Part shown: positions 1 through 15,700 of the stretch, in pieces | Layout of the letters: each line of letters opens with the position of its first letter | How positions within the stretch are numbered: the first letter of the stretch is position 1 | NCBI RefSeq assembly: GCF_036588685.1 | Contig: NC_086386.1 | Location: 44,082,001 to 44,146,000 of the forward strand | Direction of reading: 5' to 3' | Origin: Mytilus trossulus | Lineage: Eukaryota | Length of the DNA stretch: 64,000 bases | Program-made: the position numbers and the translations under genes | The notes under the pieces: generated by a model | What the model was told of the DNA's origin: nothing | What the model saw: the letters and a program-made list of their open reading frames with translations, nothing else | The model's database searches: none

Positions 1-2470
1 TGCCAAAAAATTTACGATGGAATTTCCAAAAAGGCCACCGTTGCCATGGAAACTGCAAAAATATCAAAAAATTTAAAAATGCTTTCAACTTAATGAAACT
101 TGATATTACTGTTAACTGGAATGTATAGATGAGACTTATGACTTTGAAAATTCAAAATGGCTGCCGTTGCCATGGAAACGGCAGAAAGGAAATTTGTTTT
201 AAAATGCTCTAAATGAACTAAAAAATTTACAGAAAGATGTATAACCATGTTTATTTGTGCATTCAATTTTAAACTTTTTTTCAAATGGCTGCCGCTTAGT
301 AGCAATAGGGGGGAGGGTGACATCCGCTATTGCTTGCAATGGCAATTCTAGTTAAAGTTATTTTGTCTTAATAAAAGATGAAGCAGAAAATACATGGTTC
401 GTGGCTCCAATGTCTCGTATACATTTTTTCACATAAATTCATTGTAGTATTTTAATGCCTCCGAATACAAATCGGGTGCACGTCACCTGTCTTATAGGTA
501 AAAGTTAAAGTGACAGGAAGAAAATTTTAACTTGGGATAAAGAGACTCAAATTCCAGATCGAAGTTACCAAGAAAAGGAGTTGTTTTTGAAAAATTTGTT
601 TCCGAATATTAATTTGAATACTGAAAATCGAACTGTATATTGATGTGAGATAAAAGAGTCGAGGAAATGGGAAGAGTTATATTATTTTTAGACCACTAGG
701 TCAAAGGTCAAACTAAGAGACGCTTAAAAGACCGAAAATTTGGTTGATTACTGTGGATTCATTTATTTTCGTGGGTATCAATTTTCGTGGATTGCTGAAA
801 ACTTGCATATTCGTGGATACTTGATTTCGTGATTTAGGCAATCTCCGTATACAAAGCCTATCGAAAATATGACATTCGATGAAAATTTGAATTCGTGGTT
901 CACCTGTACCCACGAAACCCACGAAAATTGATATACAACGAATAATAACAATGGCCATATTCCTGACCTGGTACAGGACATTATAAGAAAAAAATGGTGG
1001 GTTGGGCTTGGTTTTGTGGCATACCAAGCCGCCCGCTTTTATGGCAATGTTAAATATAACATTAAACTGACAACATTACATGACAGGACTACAATACAAA
1101 TAGGACAGAAACACACGAATAATAGCTAACAAAAGGTACCAGGTTTAAAATTTAATACGCTAGATGTACGTTTCGATCACACTAGACTTATATTACATTT
1201 ATTAATAACAATAAAAATTACAATACAATATCAAAATGTGGTAATACAAATGTAATAAGATAATTTATTGTATTATCTAGCTATGTCGGTGTTTCTTCTG
1301 AATCAAACTGTAAACCAAATATATCATATAAATTTGGTTGAATCAAACTAAAATCTAATAAACGAAGGGGTGATTTATTATCTTTGATATAACACAAGAA
1401 TATACTAGTAACAGAGAAGACGTTAATTTACATCAAAACTAAATACATGAATTTGGGACAAAAAAAAGTACCGTGACACGTCTTATAGGCTTATTGCAAT
1501 GCGAAGTCACACTCAGCAAAAGTCACAATCGGTAAGTAAAAGATCAGACGATGTAATGACAAACCACTGAGGTACACTATTTGAATGATTATAAAAAAAC
1601 TTGTTCTTAAAGTAGATTTGAAAACCCCAAAAACAATTTCAAATTTGTTCCTTTCGAATGTCTTCTGTATACTAAGACTCCCCCTGTTTTTACAATCAAT
1701 GCTTTTGACTTGTGGACTCAGGGGCGGATCCAGGACTTGATGTTAGGGGCGCATATTTTTGTAATCGCCGAGCGGAGCGAGTCGAAAATGTTTTTGAGGT
1801 AAAATTATTAGAATATTCTTATAAGGGGGTTGTTATGTAGATATCTCGAACTATTGTGTGTTAAAATAGCGAGAAATTAAAGTTTCTAGCTGAAATCGCC
1901 TAACACCATCCCTGAACACAATATGTGAGCTTTTATTCATTGAGACTACCCCATTTATTTCCCAGAAAACGGGACTAAGACAATAAGGATAGAGACTGAC
2001 CTCAGTCCGGCATGTCCGGAGTACACAAGCTGACCCTTCATTTAAAAAGATCTAGCAAATGATATGTCAATGGTTACAGGGAAACTGGGGTTGCATATAT
2101 TCATATAAGCCAATCGAATATATTCAGGGAAAAAATACAATAATCACGTTATAGATTTGTATGCGTCATAACTTGGACACCTCTGGGTGCGGGAATTTCT
2201 CACATTGAAGACCTGTTGGTGACCTTCCACTGTTGTTTTTTCTATGGTCGGGTTGTTGTCACTTTGATACATTCCCCATTTCTATTCTCAATTTTAGGAT
2301 AAATGACAACACAATAATATTATGATGTGATTATGAGAGTAAAGTCACTTGATGCATTATCATACAAATCTAAATATTTTCAAAATGATGTTCTAGTATA
2401 CATAAAAAAAAAATTTTGAGTGCATAAATAAAACAATGAGGAAAACTTACTTGAGCACCGATCTATTTAA

Positions 2471-2695
2471 GAGGCCCCTCATGGGGGGGTCCAAGTAATC
2501 ACATAATCACCATTTTTTTGCCAATATAATAACATAATCATTAAATATTTGCTTATCTTTAGTAATCAAATAATCATAAACTAAAAATACAGTCATAGGT
2601 AATCAAATAATCATGAAATATTTGGCTTAATAATCAAATAATCATTAAAAAAACGGCCAAGTAATCACATAATCAAAAACCCCATGAGGGCCCTC
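2471..2695. mobile_element. MITE with internal TAATCA repeats
   Basis: TIRs gaggcccctcatggg / cccatgagggccctc. Confidence 0.7.
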
Positions 2696-3022
2696 ATTTA
2701 AAAAAAAATCACTTAAAACAATTAATGTTCAAGTACTATAATTTAGATTACAAATCAATGTCTCCTATATTGTTAATTCCTAGTATATGCAAACAATTGA
2801 GATATCAAATATGTAAATGGACAACCTCACAGGTTTTTGTGAAATTTTGCACACAAATACAGCATATGTGCCTATGAATAAAATGTATATATATGTAACT
2901 TTTATAATTCCAATCATGTCGTATAGATAATTAATATTCTTCATAAATAACTTCAAATGTATAAAATGCAGATCAATATTGCAAACAATATAGATTAAAT
3001 TAATTTTGAATTGCCTATAAAA

Positions 3023-4762
3023 ACTAGAGGCTTTAAAGAGCCTGTGCCGCTCACCTTGGTCTATGTGAACATTAAACAAAGGACGCAGATGGATTCATCA
3101 CAAAATTGTGTTTTGATGATGGTGATGTGTTTGCACATCTTTCTTTACTGGACATTCTTGCTGCTTACAATTATATCTATTTATAATGAACTTGGCCCAG
3201 AAGTTTCAGTGGAAAATTGTTAAAAATTGACTGTAAAGGACAGTAACTCCTTAGGGGATCAATTGACCATTTCGGTCATGTTGACTTATTTGTAAATCGT
3301 ACTTTGCTGAACATGATTGCTTTTTACAGTTTATCTGTATCTATAATAATATTCAAGATAATAACCAAAAACAGCAAAATTTCCTTAATATTACCAATTC
3401 AGGTGCAGCAACCCAACATGGGTTGGTCGAATTGTCTGAAAATATTGAGGCAGATAGATCTTGACCTGATAAACAATTTTACTTCATATCAGATTTCTCT
3501 AAATGCTTTTGTTTTTGAGTTATAAGCCAAAAACTGCATGTTACCCCTATGTTCTATTTTTAGCCATGGCGGCCATCTTGGATGGAAAGCCGGGTCACCG
3601 GACACATCTTTTAAACAAGATATCCCAAAGATGAATGTGGCTAAGTTTGGATTAATTTGGCTTAGTAGTTTCAGAGGAGAAGATTTTTGTAAAAGATGAG
3701 TAAGATTTACGAAAAATGGTTAAAAATTGACTATAAAGAGCAACAACTCCTAAAGGGGTCAACTGACCATTTCGGTCATGATGACTTATTTGTAAATCTG
3801 ACTTTGCTGAACATTATTGCTGTTTGCAGATTATCTCTATCTATAATAATATTCTAGATAATAACCAAAAACAGCAAAATTTCCTTAAAATTACCAATTC
3901 AGGGGCAGCAACCCAACAAAGGGATGTCCGATTCATCTGCAAATTTCAGGGCAGATAGATCTTGACCTGATAAACAATTTTACCACTGTCAGATTTACTC
4001 TAAATGCTTTTGTTTTTGAGTTCTAAGCCAAAAACAGCATTCTAATATGACATGCTTCTTTAGCTTTGGGTACAAAGCCATGTTCTAATTCAAATAGAAC
4101 AAGGGCTGCAGGTGATTGACGTCACAATTGAAATTGCAACGTTAGATGAATTTTTAAACAACATCAGAGATCCAAATGGGACATTTTTGTTGGTGTTATG
4201 CGCTAGGAAATTAAATAAAAACATTCTAAAAGTAAGTTACAATTTTTCTGTTCTTATTTTATTAATAAATTGTTGATTTTTCTATAACGTTTTTGTTCAT
4301 CAATCAAATGGTGACGTTTCGAGCATCTACTATAGGTCCGCTTCGAAGTACAAAGTTCAAAATATTCCTATTAGAATAGAAATAATTCTATCATGCCATG
4401 CTCTATGCTCATTTTAACATGGGTAGGCATTTTATTTGTTTACATTTAATACCTCGCTAACGCTCCGTATTAAGATATTAACAAATATAATGCCTACCCA
4501 TGTTAAAGAATTATTTCTTAATTTTACCCCTTTGATCTATTTTTAGCCGTGGTGGCCATCTTGGATGGATGACCGGGTCACTGGACACAATTTTTTAAAC
4601 TAAATACTCCAATGATGATTGTGGCCAAGTTTGGTTTAATTTGGCCCAGCAGTTTCAGAGGAGAATATTTTTGTAAAAGTTAACGACGACGGACGCTGGA
4701 CGCCGCCGGACGCCAAGTGATGGGAAAAGCTCACTTGGCCCTTTGGGCCAGGTAAGCTTAAA
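3023..4762 (+). mobile_element. Helentron/HINE-like non-autonomous element with ~505-bp internal tandem units and a nested insert (~4042-4520)
   Basis: Internal duplication (3220-3725 vs 3721-4040), (gac/gacg)n microsatellite, and a terminal hairpin agctcacttggccc..gggccaggtaagct followed by an A-run. Confidence 0.7.
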
Positions 4763-5227
4763 AAGGTAATTTATAAAGGTGTCATAAAATAAGATTTTAA
4801 GTCAGAATGACACAATTACATTTGCCATGCTATATAATTCAGTAACCTCTTTCAATTTAAGTTTAAAAACAGAAATTTTAGTACCCAAAACATCATAAAA
4901 AGCATGCACCAGATTGTTTATTATATTTGAAGTCAAAGCTTAAAAATATTTTCACAATTCCTATGAGCGTTCTACACATTTCCTCCTGATTTCCAGAAAT
5001 TTAATTTGCTATGTATCAAAAGTATCAAAGTCATACATTTAATTTTTTCAATGTTTATGTGCAGTTCCTCCTGCTCTTGTTGCAAGTAAATTTCGTAAAT
5101 TGTGTGAGATAAAATTTACATTCATGATACTGTAACCTGATTTTTACATGCACTCAATATTTCTCCATCACAAACAAATGTCAAAACAAAGCTTTTTCAT
5201 GTATAGAACAAATGGTGTTTTTTTCTC

Positions 5228-5472
5228 AGTGTTGAAGGCCATACAGTGACCTATAGTTGTTAATTTCTGTATCATTTTGTCTCTTGTGAAGAGTTGCCTT
5301 TTTGACAAACATACCCCATCTTTTCTTTTATCATTTTGGGGCCTTTTATAACTGACTGTGTGGTATGGGCTTTGCTCATTGCTGAAGGCCATACTGTGAC
5401 CTAAAGTTGTTAATTTCTGTGTCATGTGGTCTCTTGTGAAGAGTTGCCTTTTTGACAAACATACCACATGTT
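5228..5472 (+). repeat. Dispersed SINE-tail-like repeat, two tandem units
   Basis: gaaggccata..gtgacct..agttgttaatttctgt..gacaaacatacc occurs twice. Related copies at 6530-6650, 2183-2295, and (inverted) 49110-49250 and 18280-18330. Confidence 0.6.
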
Positions 5473-5474
5473 CT

Positions 5475-6232
5475 TTTTGTCGAGCCTTCGACTTTAGTCG
5501 AAAAAGCGAGACTAAGCGATCCTACATTCCGTCGGCGTCGGCGTCAACAAATATTCACTCTGTGGTTAAAGTTTTTGAAATTTTAATAACTTTCTTAAAC
5601 TATTCTTGGTTTCTAACAAACTTTGACAGAAGCTTGTTTATGATCATAAGATAGTATCCAGAAGTAAATTTTGTAAAAATAAAATTCCATTTTTTCCGTA
5701 TTTTACTATAAATGGACTTAGTTTTTTCTGTGGGGAAACAAAACATTCACTCTGTGGTTAAAGTTTTTAGAATTTTAATAACTTTCTCCAACTATCCTGG
5801 GTTTGTACCAAACTTGGACAGAAGCTTGTTTATGATCATAAAATAGTATACAGAAGTAAATTTTGTAAATAAATAAATCCATTTTTTCCATATTTTACTT
5901 TTAAATGAACTTAGTTTTTCTGCGGGGAACCATTACATTCACTCTGTGGTTAAAGTTTTAAAAATTTTAATAACTTTCTTAAACTATCCTGGGTTTGTAC
6001 CAAACTTGGACAGAAGCTTATTTATGATCATAAGATTGTATCCAGAAGTAAAGTTTGTAAAAAGATTACTCCGTTTTTTTCTGTAATTTACTTTTAAATG
6101 AACTTAGATTTTCTTACAATCATAAAATAGTAACAAGAGGAATAATTTTATTGATTTCTTTCCTCATTGTTGTTGAGCCTGCGATTTACAGCAAAAATAG
6201 GCGAGACACTGGGTTCGCGGAACCCTTACAAT
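5475..6232. mobile_element. Non-autonomous element with ~190-bp internal tandem repeats (3 copies)
   Basis: cattcactctgtggttaaagtttt.. recurs at ~5553, 5744 and 5936. T-rich ends. Confidence 0.6.
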
Positions 6233-6648
6233 TTTTTTATATAAAAGATCTTACAGTTTAGACAGGTTCTAATCTATCAGTTTTTTCAATGCATCACCAG
6301 CTTAATCTGGCCTTTATGCAAATATACTCACTATACTGTTCCATGTTAAAACAAAATCTGGAGAACTGCTTTTATTAAAATATGTGACATAATACTGAGT
6401 ATGGATAAAATTAAAACTTCATGTGTGTGTTAAAATGGGACAGCCATTCTATCTTATTAGCACAATGGATCAGATAATTAGCTATGTATTTATACCAAGT
6501 TACTTCCTACAAGGAAACAAACTGCTGTTTGGTGTGAGCCAAAGCTTTGTGTTGAAGACCATACTTTGACCTATAATGATTTACTCTTACAAATTGTGAC
6601 TTGGATTGAGAGTTGTCTCATTGGCACTCATACTGGTCCACATCTTCT

Positions 6649-6681
<33 letters not shown>
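6649..6681. repeat. (TA)n/(CA)n microsatellite just 3' of the NARS2 stop codon
   Basis: Seen directly in the sequence. Confidence 0.85.
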
Positions 6682-6757
6682 CATTTAATAGACATGGCCA
6701 TGTTTTACAAGACAAACATCATAAAAAAACAATTTACATTTAATAAATAATACTGCA

Positions 6758-9700
6758 TCAAAGTTTACAATGTTTTGAAGATCTAGGAAATGGTATAGTG
6801 TCACGTATATTGTTAATGCCTAGTATAAATTGTAGTAATCTCTCAAAACCTAACCCAAATCCTCCATGTGGAACACTGCCAAATTTCCGCAGATCCAAAT
6901 ACCTGTAAATTATAATGTGTATAAAATATTATAAGCACAGCATAATTTATTATTTCTGATTGGTATAACATCTGTTACTGTAAATTCAGAAATTATGCAT
7001 AAATTATTGTAATTGTTGAACACTCGACAAAAATGTGTGATTGATTTTTGCAAAAATCAGGCAATGCTGAATAAACATGATAAAGTTATGCTGTTCAAAT
7101 TTAGAAAATGACAATTTTCTAAATATTAAAAACATAGCCTATATTTTTGAAAATACATTTTCTCCTTCTTTGTCAAGGGACATAACCCAACGAAAATTTC
7201 ATTGACCATCAAGAGCAAAACTTAACTATAACTAACTATATTATATTTTTCAACATGCTATTCAAACTCCAGTTTGTAAACATACCGGTACATAAGTTTA
7301 TAAGTATTTTTTGTGTGATTTAATTTATTTCAACACTGGTGAAGTTTTCTAGAATTATTTACAAGCAGTTTCAACTTTTATTTAATGACAATAGTTAGGT
7401 TATGACTGGAATGAAGTGCAAGAAAGATGGCTAATGCAAAACAATTGCACTTCAGATAGGTCAGAATTTTTGTTTGTAACAGGCATCCTATAGAAATTTC
7501 AACGAGTTGTTGCAAGGATTCCTTTGATATGCAAGGAGCCTGGTTCTCTCTCTAAACTAGGCATTATATCAAACAAATGTCCCTATTCTGACAATCTGTT
7601 GCTGAGAATTTACACTTCCCACAGTGAAATGAATGCTGCACTTTGGCAAGGGTATTACTGCCAGCAAGGGAAAGACCAAGACGACCATACTTTTACCTGG
7701 CAGTCCTCTTTTAAGTTTGTGATAGTTGAAAATTTTGAGGCAAGTATTAAGAAAATTCTAACCAATTCAAGTTCTCCAGAAGTTCATGTTGTTGCAGTTT
7801 ATTTCTAAGTACATCATATCTCTCCTCCCTCATTGTCCCTCCTACTAGCTCTCCTACTTCAGGTACCAATAGATCTACAGAGGATACCTGTATAAAATAA
7901 GGGGAGATAATAATTTTAGCACATTTGCTAGTATTAATTTTGTGGATAGAGGATACATGTATTTTTGTGCATATTTTATTTCTTGGTTTCAGTAAAGTCT
8001 GCATAGAAGCCTATAGAAAACAAGTAATTGAACATATACATTTGTGTTTCACTGTTAACAATAATAATAATGAATTCACAGTATGTCAGTCAGGGGTCCC
8101 ACTTGTACAGGTTATTTGTATTTACTAAAAGAATTAAATATGTATAGACTTAATTACGAAAGTTGTAAGATACTTATACTAGTGTATTTTATTTACTTGT
8201 ATAGGTAATTTATCTTAACGATTATGTTATATCCTTTAGACATTCAGATTTGTTTTTTACTTATACAAGTAAAAAGGTTATACAATCTTTCTTTCTTGAA
8301 TTTCTCAGGACTTCTTTGCTTGAATAGAGTGTTTAATTGTCTGTCCTTTGCAGATGTCTCTACTTATCAATTAAATGTAATTTCATGAACAATGACCATG
8401 ATGACAATCTTATGTATTTGTTTTCTCGAAAACACTGCTATTTACAAGCCACCAAGGCACAATTTTTTAAGGCATTGCATAATTACTTAAGATCTTTGCT
8501 CAATTTGTTTCTTAGTTGCATTAATGAGATGAAACATTGAACTTTAATAAAAAATTATGAGCTCACCAAAGATAATTGTTTAAAGCATGTTTATACATCC
8601 CAAAACTTGAGAATTTGGGGATTGTCAAAAAAACAAATACTCTGAGTACATATTTTTAGGAAATAATGGGGAGATTATTCAAACCTTATAAGAATATTTA
8701 TTTATGACAGATTTGCTATATACAAGTTTATTAATCATGTTAATATTTACTTCTCCAAGTAGATAAAAAATCACTTGTACTAGTAGTAACCCTGACTATA
8801 AGGTATACAAGTTTACTAACTGTTTGTGTATCATCGTTATCCCTGGCATAGAATGGTTTTATAGCGGCAGGAAAGTCTGTTACAAAAACTGGTATATTGT
8901 TGTTATATTTCACCAGATATCTCTCATGTTCCCTCTTTAAATCTTCTCCCCACTGAAAATAAGATCAATTCATTTTCATATTTTTCTCCTCATAAAAACA
9001 AGTATTGTCATATGATTGTTTCTTTATAATTGTAAAAGCTTGTAATGTATTGAAACCTAATCATGGGACTTACTGCAAAGCAGTAAATTTACGACCAAAC
9101 ATTAAAACAAAAATTTGTTATACAATATAAAACACAATTTTTAATTCTAAAAACATATTTGCTATATATATAAAAAAAATCTTGCAATTGAAAAATCTGT
9201 AAATAAATGCAATTTAAAAAAACATATCTGTTTCAAGCAAAGAGAAAAAACTTACTCTTATTTTAAATTCAAACTTTTTGTTCTTCTTTTCAAGAATCTT
9301 TACTGCATCTGTATATGGTATTCTGTAAAATATTAAAGATAATAACCAAACACTGCAAAATTTCTTTAAAATCATCAATTCAGGGGCATTATACCTGAAA
9401 AACCAGTTACCCAATTCGGCTGAAAATTTCAGGACAGGTAGACCTTGACCTAATAAATACTGTAACTTCTTGTCTTATTTGCTCTAAATGCTGGAGTTTT
9501 TGAAATATAAGCCAAAAACTGCATTTTACCCTGTGTTCTATTTTTAGCCATGACGGCCAATGTTTTTTAACGAAATAGAAAATAAAACACAAACTTTTCT
9601 TTTATACACCCTACTGATCATTCAGTTGAAGTTTGGTTGAATTTGGTTGAGTAGTTTTAGAGGAGAAGATTTTTAAAAGTTAGCAAATATGATGAACAAA

Positions 9701-12700
9701 TTGTGAAAAATTGTCATTAAAGGACAATAACCACTTAAGGGGTCAATTGACAATTTTGGTCATGTTGACTTTTTTGTAGATCTTACTTTGCTGATCATTT
9801 TTTGCTGTTTACAGTTTATCTTTATCTATAATAATATTCAAGATAATGACCAAAAACTGCAAAATTTCCTTAAAATTATCAATTAAATGACAGCAACCCA
9901 ACAATGGGTTGTTTGATTGATCTGAAAATTTTAGGGCTGATAGATCTTGAACTAATGAACATTTTTACCCCGTTAGATTTGCTCTAAATGCTTTCGTTTT
10001 TAAGATATAAGCCAAGAACTGCATTTTACCCCCATGTTCTATTTTTAGCAATGGCGGCCATGTTTGTTGATAGATCAAAACTTCGGATACAATTTATAAA
10101 CTAGATACCCTAAGGAACATTCAGTTAAAGTTTGGAAGTATTTCGATGACGACGGACGCCAAGTGATGGCATAAGCTCACTTGGCCCTTCGGCCCAGGTG
10201 AGCTAAAAATCTGACAAAAATGAGGTGTAAGAGAGCTAACAATGCAATTTTCATCATTTAAATTATATTTCAAAAGGAAACTAATTCTGTACAAATACTT
10301 GATTGACACTGATTTTTAAGCTTGATGTTATTTGTTCAACACTTTATTTTGCAACAAAAAATGCTGCTATTTGGGCACAAAATAATTGTAATATGGAAAT
10401 GATCATAATTAATCAGAAGTGGGTTTTTTTTCACTTTTTTAACTTATTGGTAGTTGTCTGTTAAAGAATGAGTGTTGAAAAGAAAGACTGGCAAAGAATT
10501 TTGAATATTGCTGGAAAATATAGACATATTGTGTGCAGGGTTATACATTCTATCCTACAGAGAGCAACCTAATGAATTTTTACATAGTTTATTATACAAT
10601 GGTTCTTTAACATGTTCAGCTATCATCTAACACATATCTTAAGATTAAAAGTACCTTGTAAAAGCCTTATCTAGAGCTGTTTGAACTGTTTTCTGAAATA
10701 TAAATGACACCAATATCAAAATGTGAAACATAAATGTAATAAATTTAATGCTACAAATCACTTAACAAATTGCCTTTTTTAATGTATAAATTCCCAAAAG
10801 GTTCACATTTTTGGCATTTTATTGTAATCCTGCAAATTGAATATACATTTTTTAATCTGACAGTTTGATGTACTTTTAAACAAATGGTGTGTGTTCAACT
10901 GAAAATGATTTTATGCAAAGGGAGATAACTCAATATTTTCTAATCAGAAGAAGAAAAATGATCAAATTGTGATTGTTGCAATAACCCTTTTTAAATCACA
11001 GATAATTGTGACTGCTATATCTATCCTTTATCTGTGTGGCCGTTATAGATGCAGGGACAATTTATCCCACAAACATCTTATTCCTCATTTATTTTCAATA
11101 ACCGCTGTTACATACATTAATGGCCAAATCATTAGTTTATTTTAAAACTTGGACATTTAGAAAGAAATCTCTGGCCTTATTTTGACTGAATTTCATTCAA
11201 AATATCTTTATAAAATGGAGATTTTTTTACTAGTATAGCACATAATAAACTCAACATTATTAATAGTCCATGGATATGATGTCAAGGTCAGATGAACCAT
11301 GCCACTTTATAATAATTGAATACAATTGACATATTGCTTATAGTATATAAGAATGGACCTAATCTTAAAAATATCCCAAGATTAACATCCATTTGCTTTG
11401 TCTCACATTCTTCAACATTTATCCTAAACGAGATAAATATAAACAACATTAATTCTGACTTACTTGTTGATCTTTAGGAGCTACATATTTATAATAGAAC
11501 TGTAAATCATCATCACAATTAGTCTGTAATTCTTTGATGGTAAACTTTACTAGACTTTCTATCACCTGTTAAAATAACCAAGAAAAAACAAAAGATATGT
11601 TCATGATGTTCAATGTTGTATTCATTCTTTCAGATCTTTATATTTCTTCAAATAAAATTCATCTCATTTCAGACTTGGTGTTTAAAAGTGTCCAGAGGCA
11701 ACCAAATGTATATATTCAGGATGATACATGTTATGAGAATAATTCTGCATTGTATTTAGACTGACAAGCTGATTCATTATTTCTAAATGGACTAGTTCAC
11801 ATGGTAATATTATGTATGAAGACATGTCAGCCTTCATGGAAACATTATTCTGACAATGAAATGACAAGGATTTGCTCTTACTCCTAAATTCTGTATACTT
11901 AGCGCACAACAGATAATATCATTGTTTAAATCTTTGATTTAACATGGCTTAACATTCATGACATTATAAATAAGTATTATAACTGGCCTCACGGTCATAA
12001 AACTTTCGAGCATGATTTTTGTACTCAGACTCGAAAATCAACCAATCAAATTGCTGGATTTCATGTTTCGAGCATGATTTTTGTGCTCCGAGCACTGAGC
12101 AAAGTTTTATGCCTTCAAGGCCTGGTGTTACATTAAAATGTAAAACACATCTTTAGTGGTTTGAAAATGATACAAAATGACAAAAGATGAAACAGTCTAA
12201 TCCAGTCTTTAGTCAACAAAGTAAACAAGAATGTGTCCATAGTAAAATTTGAGAATCTAAATCTGTTAGAAGATTCTTAATTAAATATCGCTTCTATATT
12301 TACATCTCTTTGTGACTGAAATAGCAGAACATTAGTTAAAATAACACAAATATTTACCTCAAGAACATCTTCTAATGATTGTGTAAATGCCATTTCAGCC
12401 TCTACCATGTAAAACTCTGCCAAGTGGGTTCTATCTACTGACATGTCAGCACGAAATGTTGGACCAAAGTTGTAACATCTTGATATTGCACTAAAAATAC
12501 AAATTGGAATTCAACAATATAAACACATGATACAAAATGATGGAATAAAATATTTTATTTACCAAATGAGGGCCTATAGCATACAAAGAATATAATACAT
12601 TTTGTAATAAACAATAACACATACATGTACATTGTATAACTTAAAGGAAATAAAGCATCACCACAACGCAACAAATGACATTGAAAAAAAAATAACTTTA

Positions 12701-15700
12701 TTTTTTTATGCGAAATGTGATGCTATCCAAAATTTCTGGGGAGAACACTGAATTCATTATCATTGTATAGCAACATAAAATATCCAGCAGAATGAAATGA
12801 AAAGTTTGAGAGCAATATTACTTCATATTGCACTAGTTATTGCAATTAAAGCTCCAAATTATCTACCTTATCAATGAAAAAAAGTGTTAAAATTACATAT
12901 TTTTTCAAGCTAGATGAATAGGGTTATTGCATGAATATTGATGAATTTAATAACTTGTAGAATATATATTACACTGCTATTATTTAGCATTTACAAATAG
13001 AAAAAGAAAAAATCTGTACTTTTGATAGGAAAATTAAAATTAGCATCAATAAAATTTGATATAAAAAGTAAACTTACCTACCCTGTTATAGTTTCTAGGT
13101 GAAGTTGTCCTGACACTGTTAAATTAGCAGGATTTCTGAAGAATAACTTTGGTGTCTTGTTTTCTTCTTCACTGTCTGAAAGTTCAGGTATGAGATCTTT
13201 ATTCTGTGGCTGAAATAAAACATTCTAAAATTGATACTTATTGTGTTTAACCTAATTTGTTGATGCTTACCGTCAATATCTGTAACTAATGTAATTTAGG
13301 CCTTTTTTTAATCATAAAAATACATTTTTAGTTAAGTTTATCATACCACAGTTACCGTTCATCTTTTATGTGATTCTGACAAAAATTATACACTTCTCTC
13401 TGGTATACAGCCCCAAACCAATCCGACCCAAGTCAATCCGGCCCAAAGTCGATTTGGCCCAAGTCGATCCAGCCCCATAAAAAATATGAAATAACTTTAT
13501 GGGGCTGGATGGACATGGGACGGATCGACTTGGAGCGGATAGACGTGGGGCCGGATCAACCTGAAAGCTTCTCTCTTCTATTATTGTAAATGTTGTAGGA
13601 AGAATACTTTTTTTTTAAAATACTAATGATTACAATCTGATTAAAGTACAGTTCATAAGTCCAAATTTTTCTTTCAAGATCTGTCAATTCTCCATTCAAC
13701 TTTCCTTTTTATAGATTTTTTGTAGTACTAAGGTTCTGTGGTAATGATGTACATCTTTAAAAGTTTAGAGGCAATCAATTCATTGGTTGATGTAATATTT
13801 TATCAAACCAATAGAAGAAGGGAGCAATGTCATCAGAGTTGGCCTCCTCCTTATGAAGTAAATCAATAATTTAATGCATTTAATTCGTCACAAGTGTAAT
13901 ATACCCCCTAAATTTTTAAACGTCCTAGTTCTGCATCTGGTGAGATCCTTATACATGTAAGTAAAGTATAGATAACACAAGACATGAGTTTAAATCAGAG
14001 ATTGTGGAGAGAGGTTATGATAGCAGGCAGCTGAAACATATAATGCAATTAAGGTGGTACCCAACACCTTTCACTAAAATCAATGTGGCTTGTTTAATTT
14101 TCATAAATTTTTAAAAAGTATTTACTTTGACCCTTTGACAAAAATATAAAAATTTCAAAATATTTGAACCAACCAATTTATCAGAAAAATTACTCTGGTT
14201 ATATAGCTGTTTGACAAACAATAGTTTTGATCATTGAGAAGCTTAATATTCCGTTAACAACACAACGTAATTAAAACGTTGAGCTGATTTTACAGAGTTA
14301 TCTCCCTGTAGTGTTAGGTACCACATTAATTGCAACAAAAAAAAAATCTTTCGAATAAACATAGAAAAAGTCTTGCAGGTACATGTGATCTAGTTTTTAC
14401 ATTCTTTTCCTATATCGTTTATTAGTTTAGTTTAAAAATATTTATTTATAGTGGATTGGGAAACAAGTTTTGCAACATATCGTAAACATAAGAAATGACA
14501 ACCAACTTTCCTAAATGTGTTTCAAAATATTTGTTTTTAAAGCAACTGTTCTGATAATCTCCATGACCTTTACACATTTTAAGTGAATGTAAAAAAAATC
14601 ATCATTTACCTGCATTTAAAAAGGAACCATCATCAAATTGCGAAATACGGTAAATGATAAAATTACCTCCACACTGAAGACTTCTCCACCACCTTCACAA
14701 TCATTAGATGTCAGTATTGGTGTGTGTATAAATAGGAAATCATTGTCCTGAGAAAAAAAAAGGTGTAAAAATTCAGCAAATTTTGTCCAATAATAATAAT
14801 TGTGTTTCTCATCATCATCCTGTGTTTATCTATCATTGAAAAGAAACAATACCATAGAAAAACTGATGAATGTGTAGGGGAAATAAACACCAAAAGTTAG
14901 TTTTAGAATGAAGGATATATGATCAAGATGTGAAGGCCTGTAGAAATAGATGTCTTGTTACTATTTTGATTACTGGTATTGTGTTGTTGGGCTGCTGTCT
15001 AAATGTTTTCCCACTTTTCCCACCCATCCAAAGTACTTGACAAATTTTAAAATTGGTAAACTCTTTTATTCAATCTGGCAACAGCATAAACAGTGTGATT
15101 CTATTTCAACTAAAAATAACTCTACTGAATAGAAATACTGGTACCTGAAAGTATTTATGAATGGCATTTGTTGTAGCATTTCTCAGTCTAAGGAGACTGC
15201 TGAAGAAGTTTGTTCTGGGTCTCAAATGTAAATAGTCTCTAACATACTCAACTGGTATCTTACTTCTGGACTGAAATGGAAACTCCTGCAAGAATAGATG
15301 ATATGAAAAAGGCATACAGATCAATAGAACACACATACTAGAAATACAACTGGCATGTCATTAAAAATATAATTTGTGACATTGTGGAAAAATCACTATT
15401 TATTGTCTAAGCATGTACATGTAAGTATAGAACTACCATCGGTAGAAATCCTGAAATGCTAAAAAATACAAATATTTACCATGTTTACATACATGACATA
15501 ATACCGGTAATTTGTTTTCCTTCTATTTTTTTTTAACATATTTTTCTTTCTTTTCAGAAAAATGTCACATGACCTAGATAGGTAAACTGGTCTATCTAGT
15601 CTGTGTGTGTTTCATTATTGTATATGTACATTGTATTTCACTATCAAGACATATATGGTCTATATCAGTAACTGTGAGTTTGGATTCAAAAAGCATATGA

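Noticed and set aside
11682-11909. 75-aa ORF inside a NARS2 intron
   Set aside because: No recognisable motif, and the NARS2 frame is complete without it.
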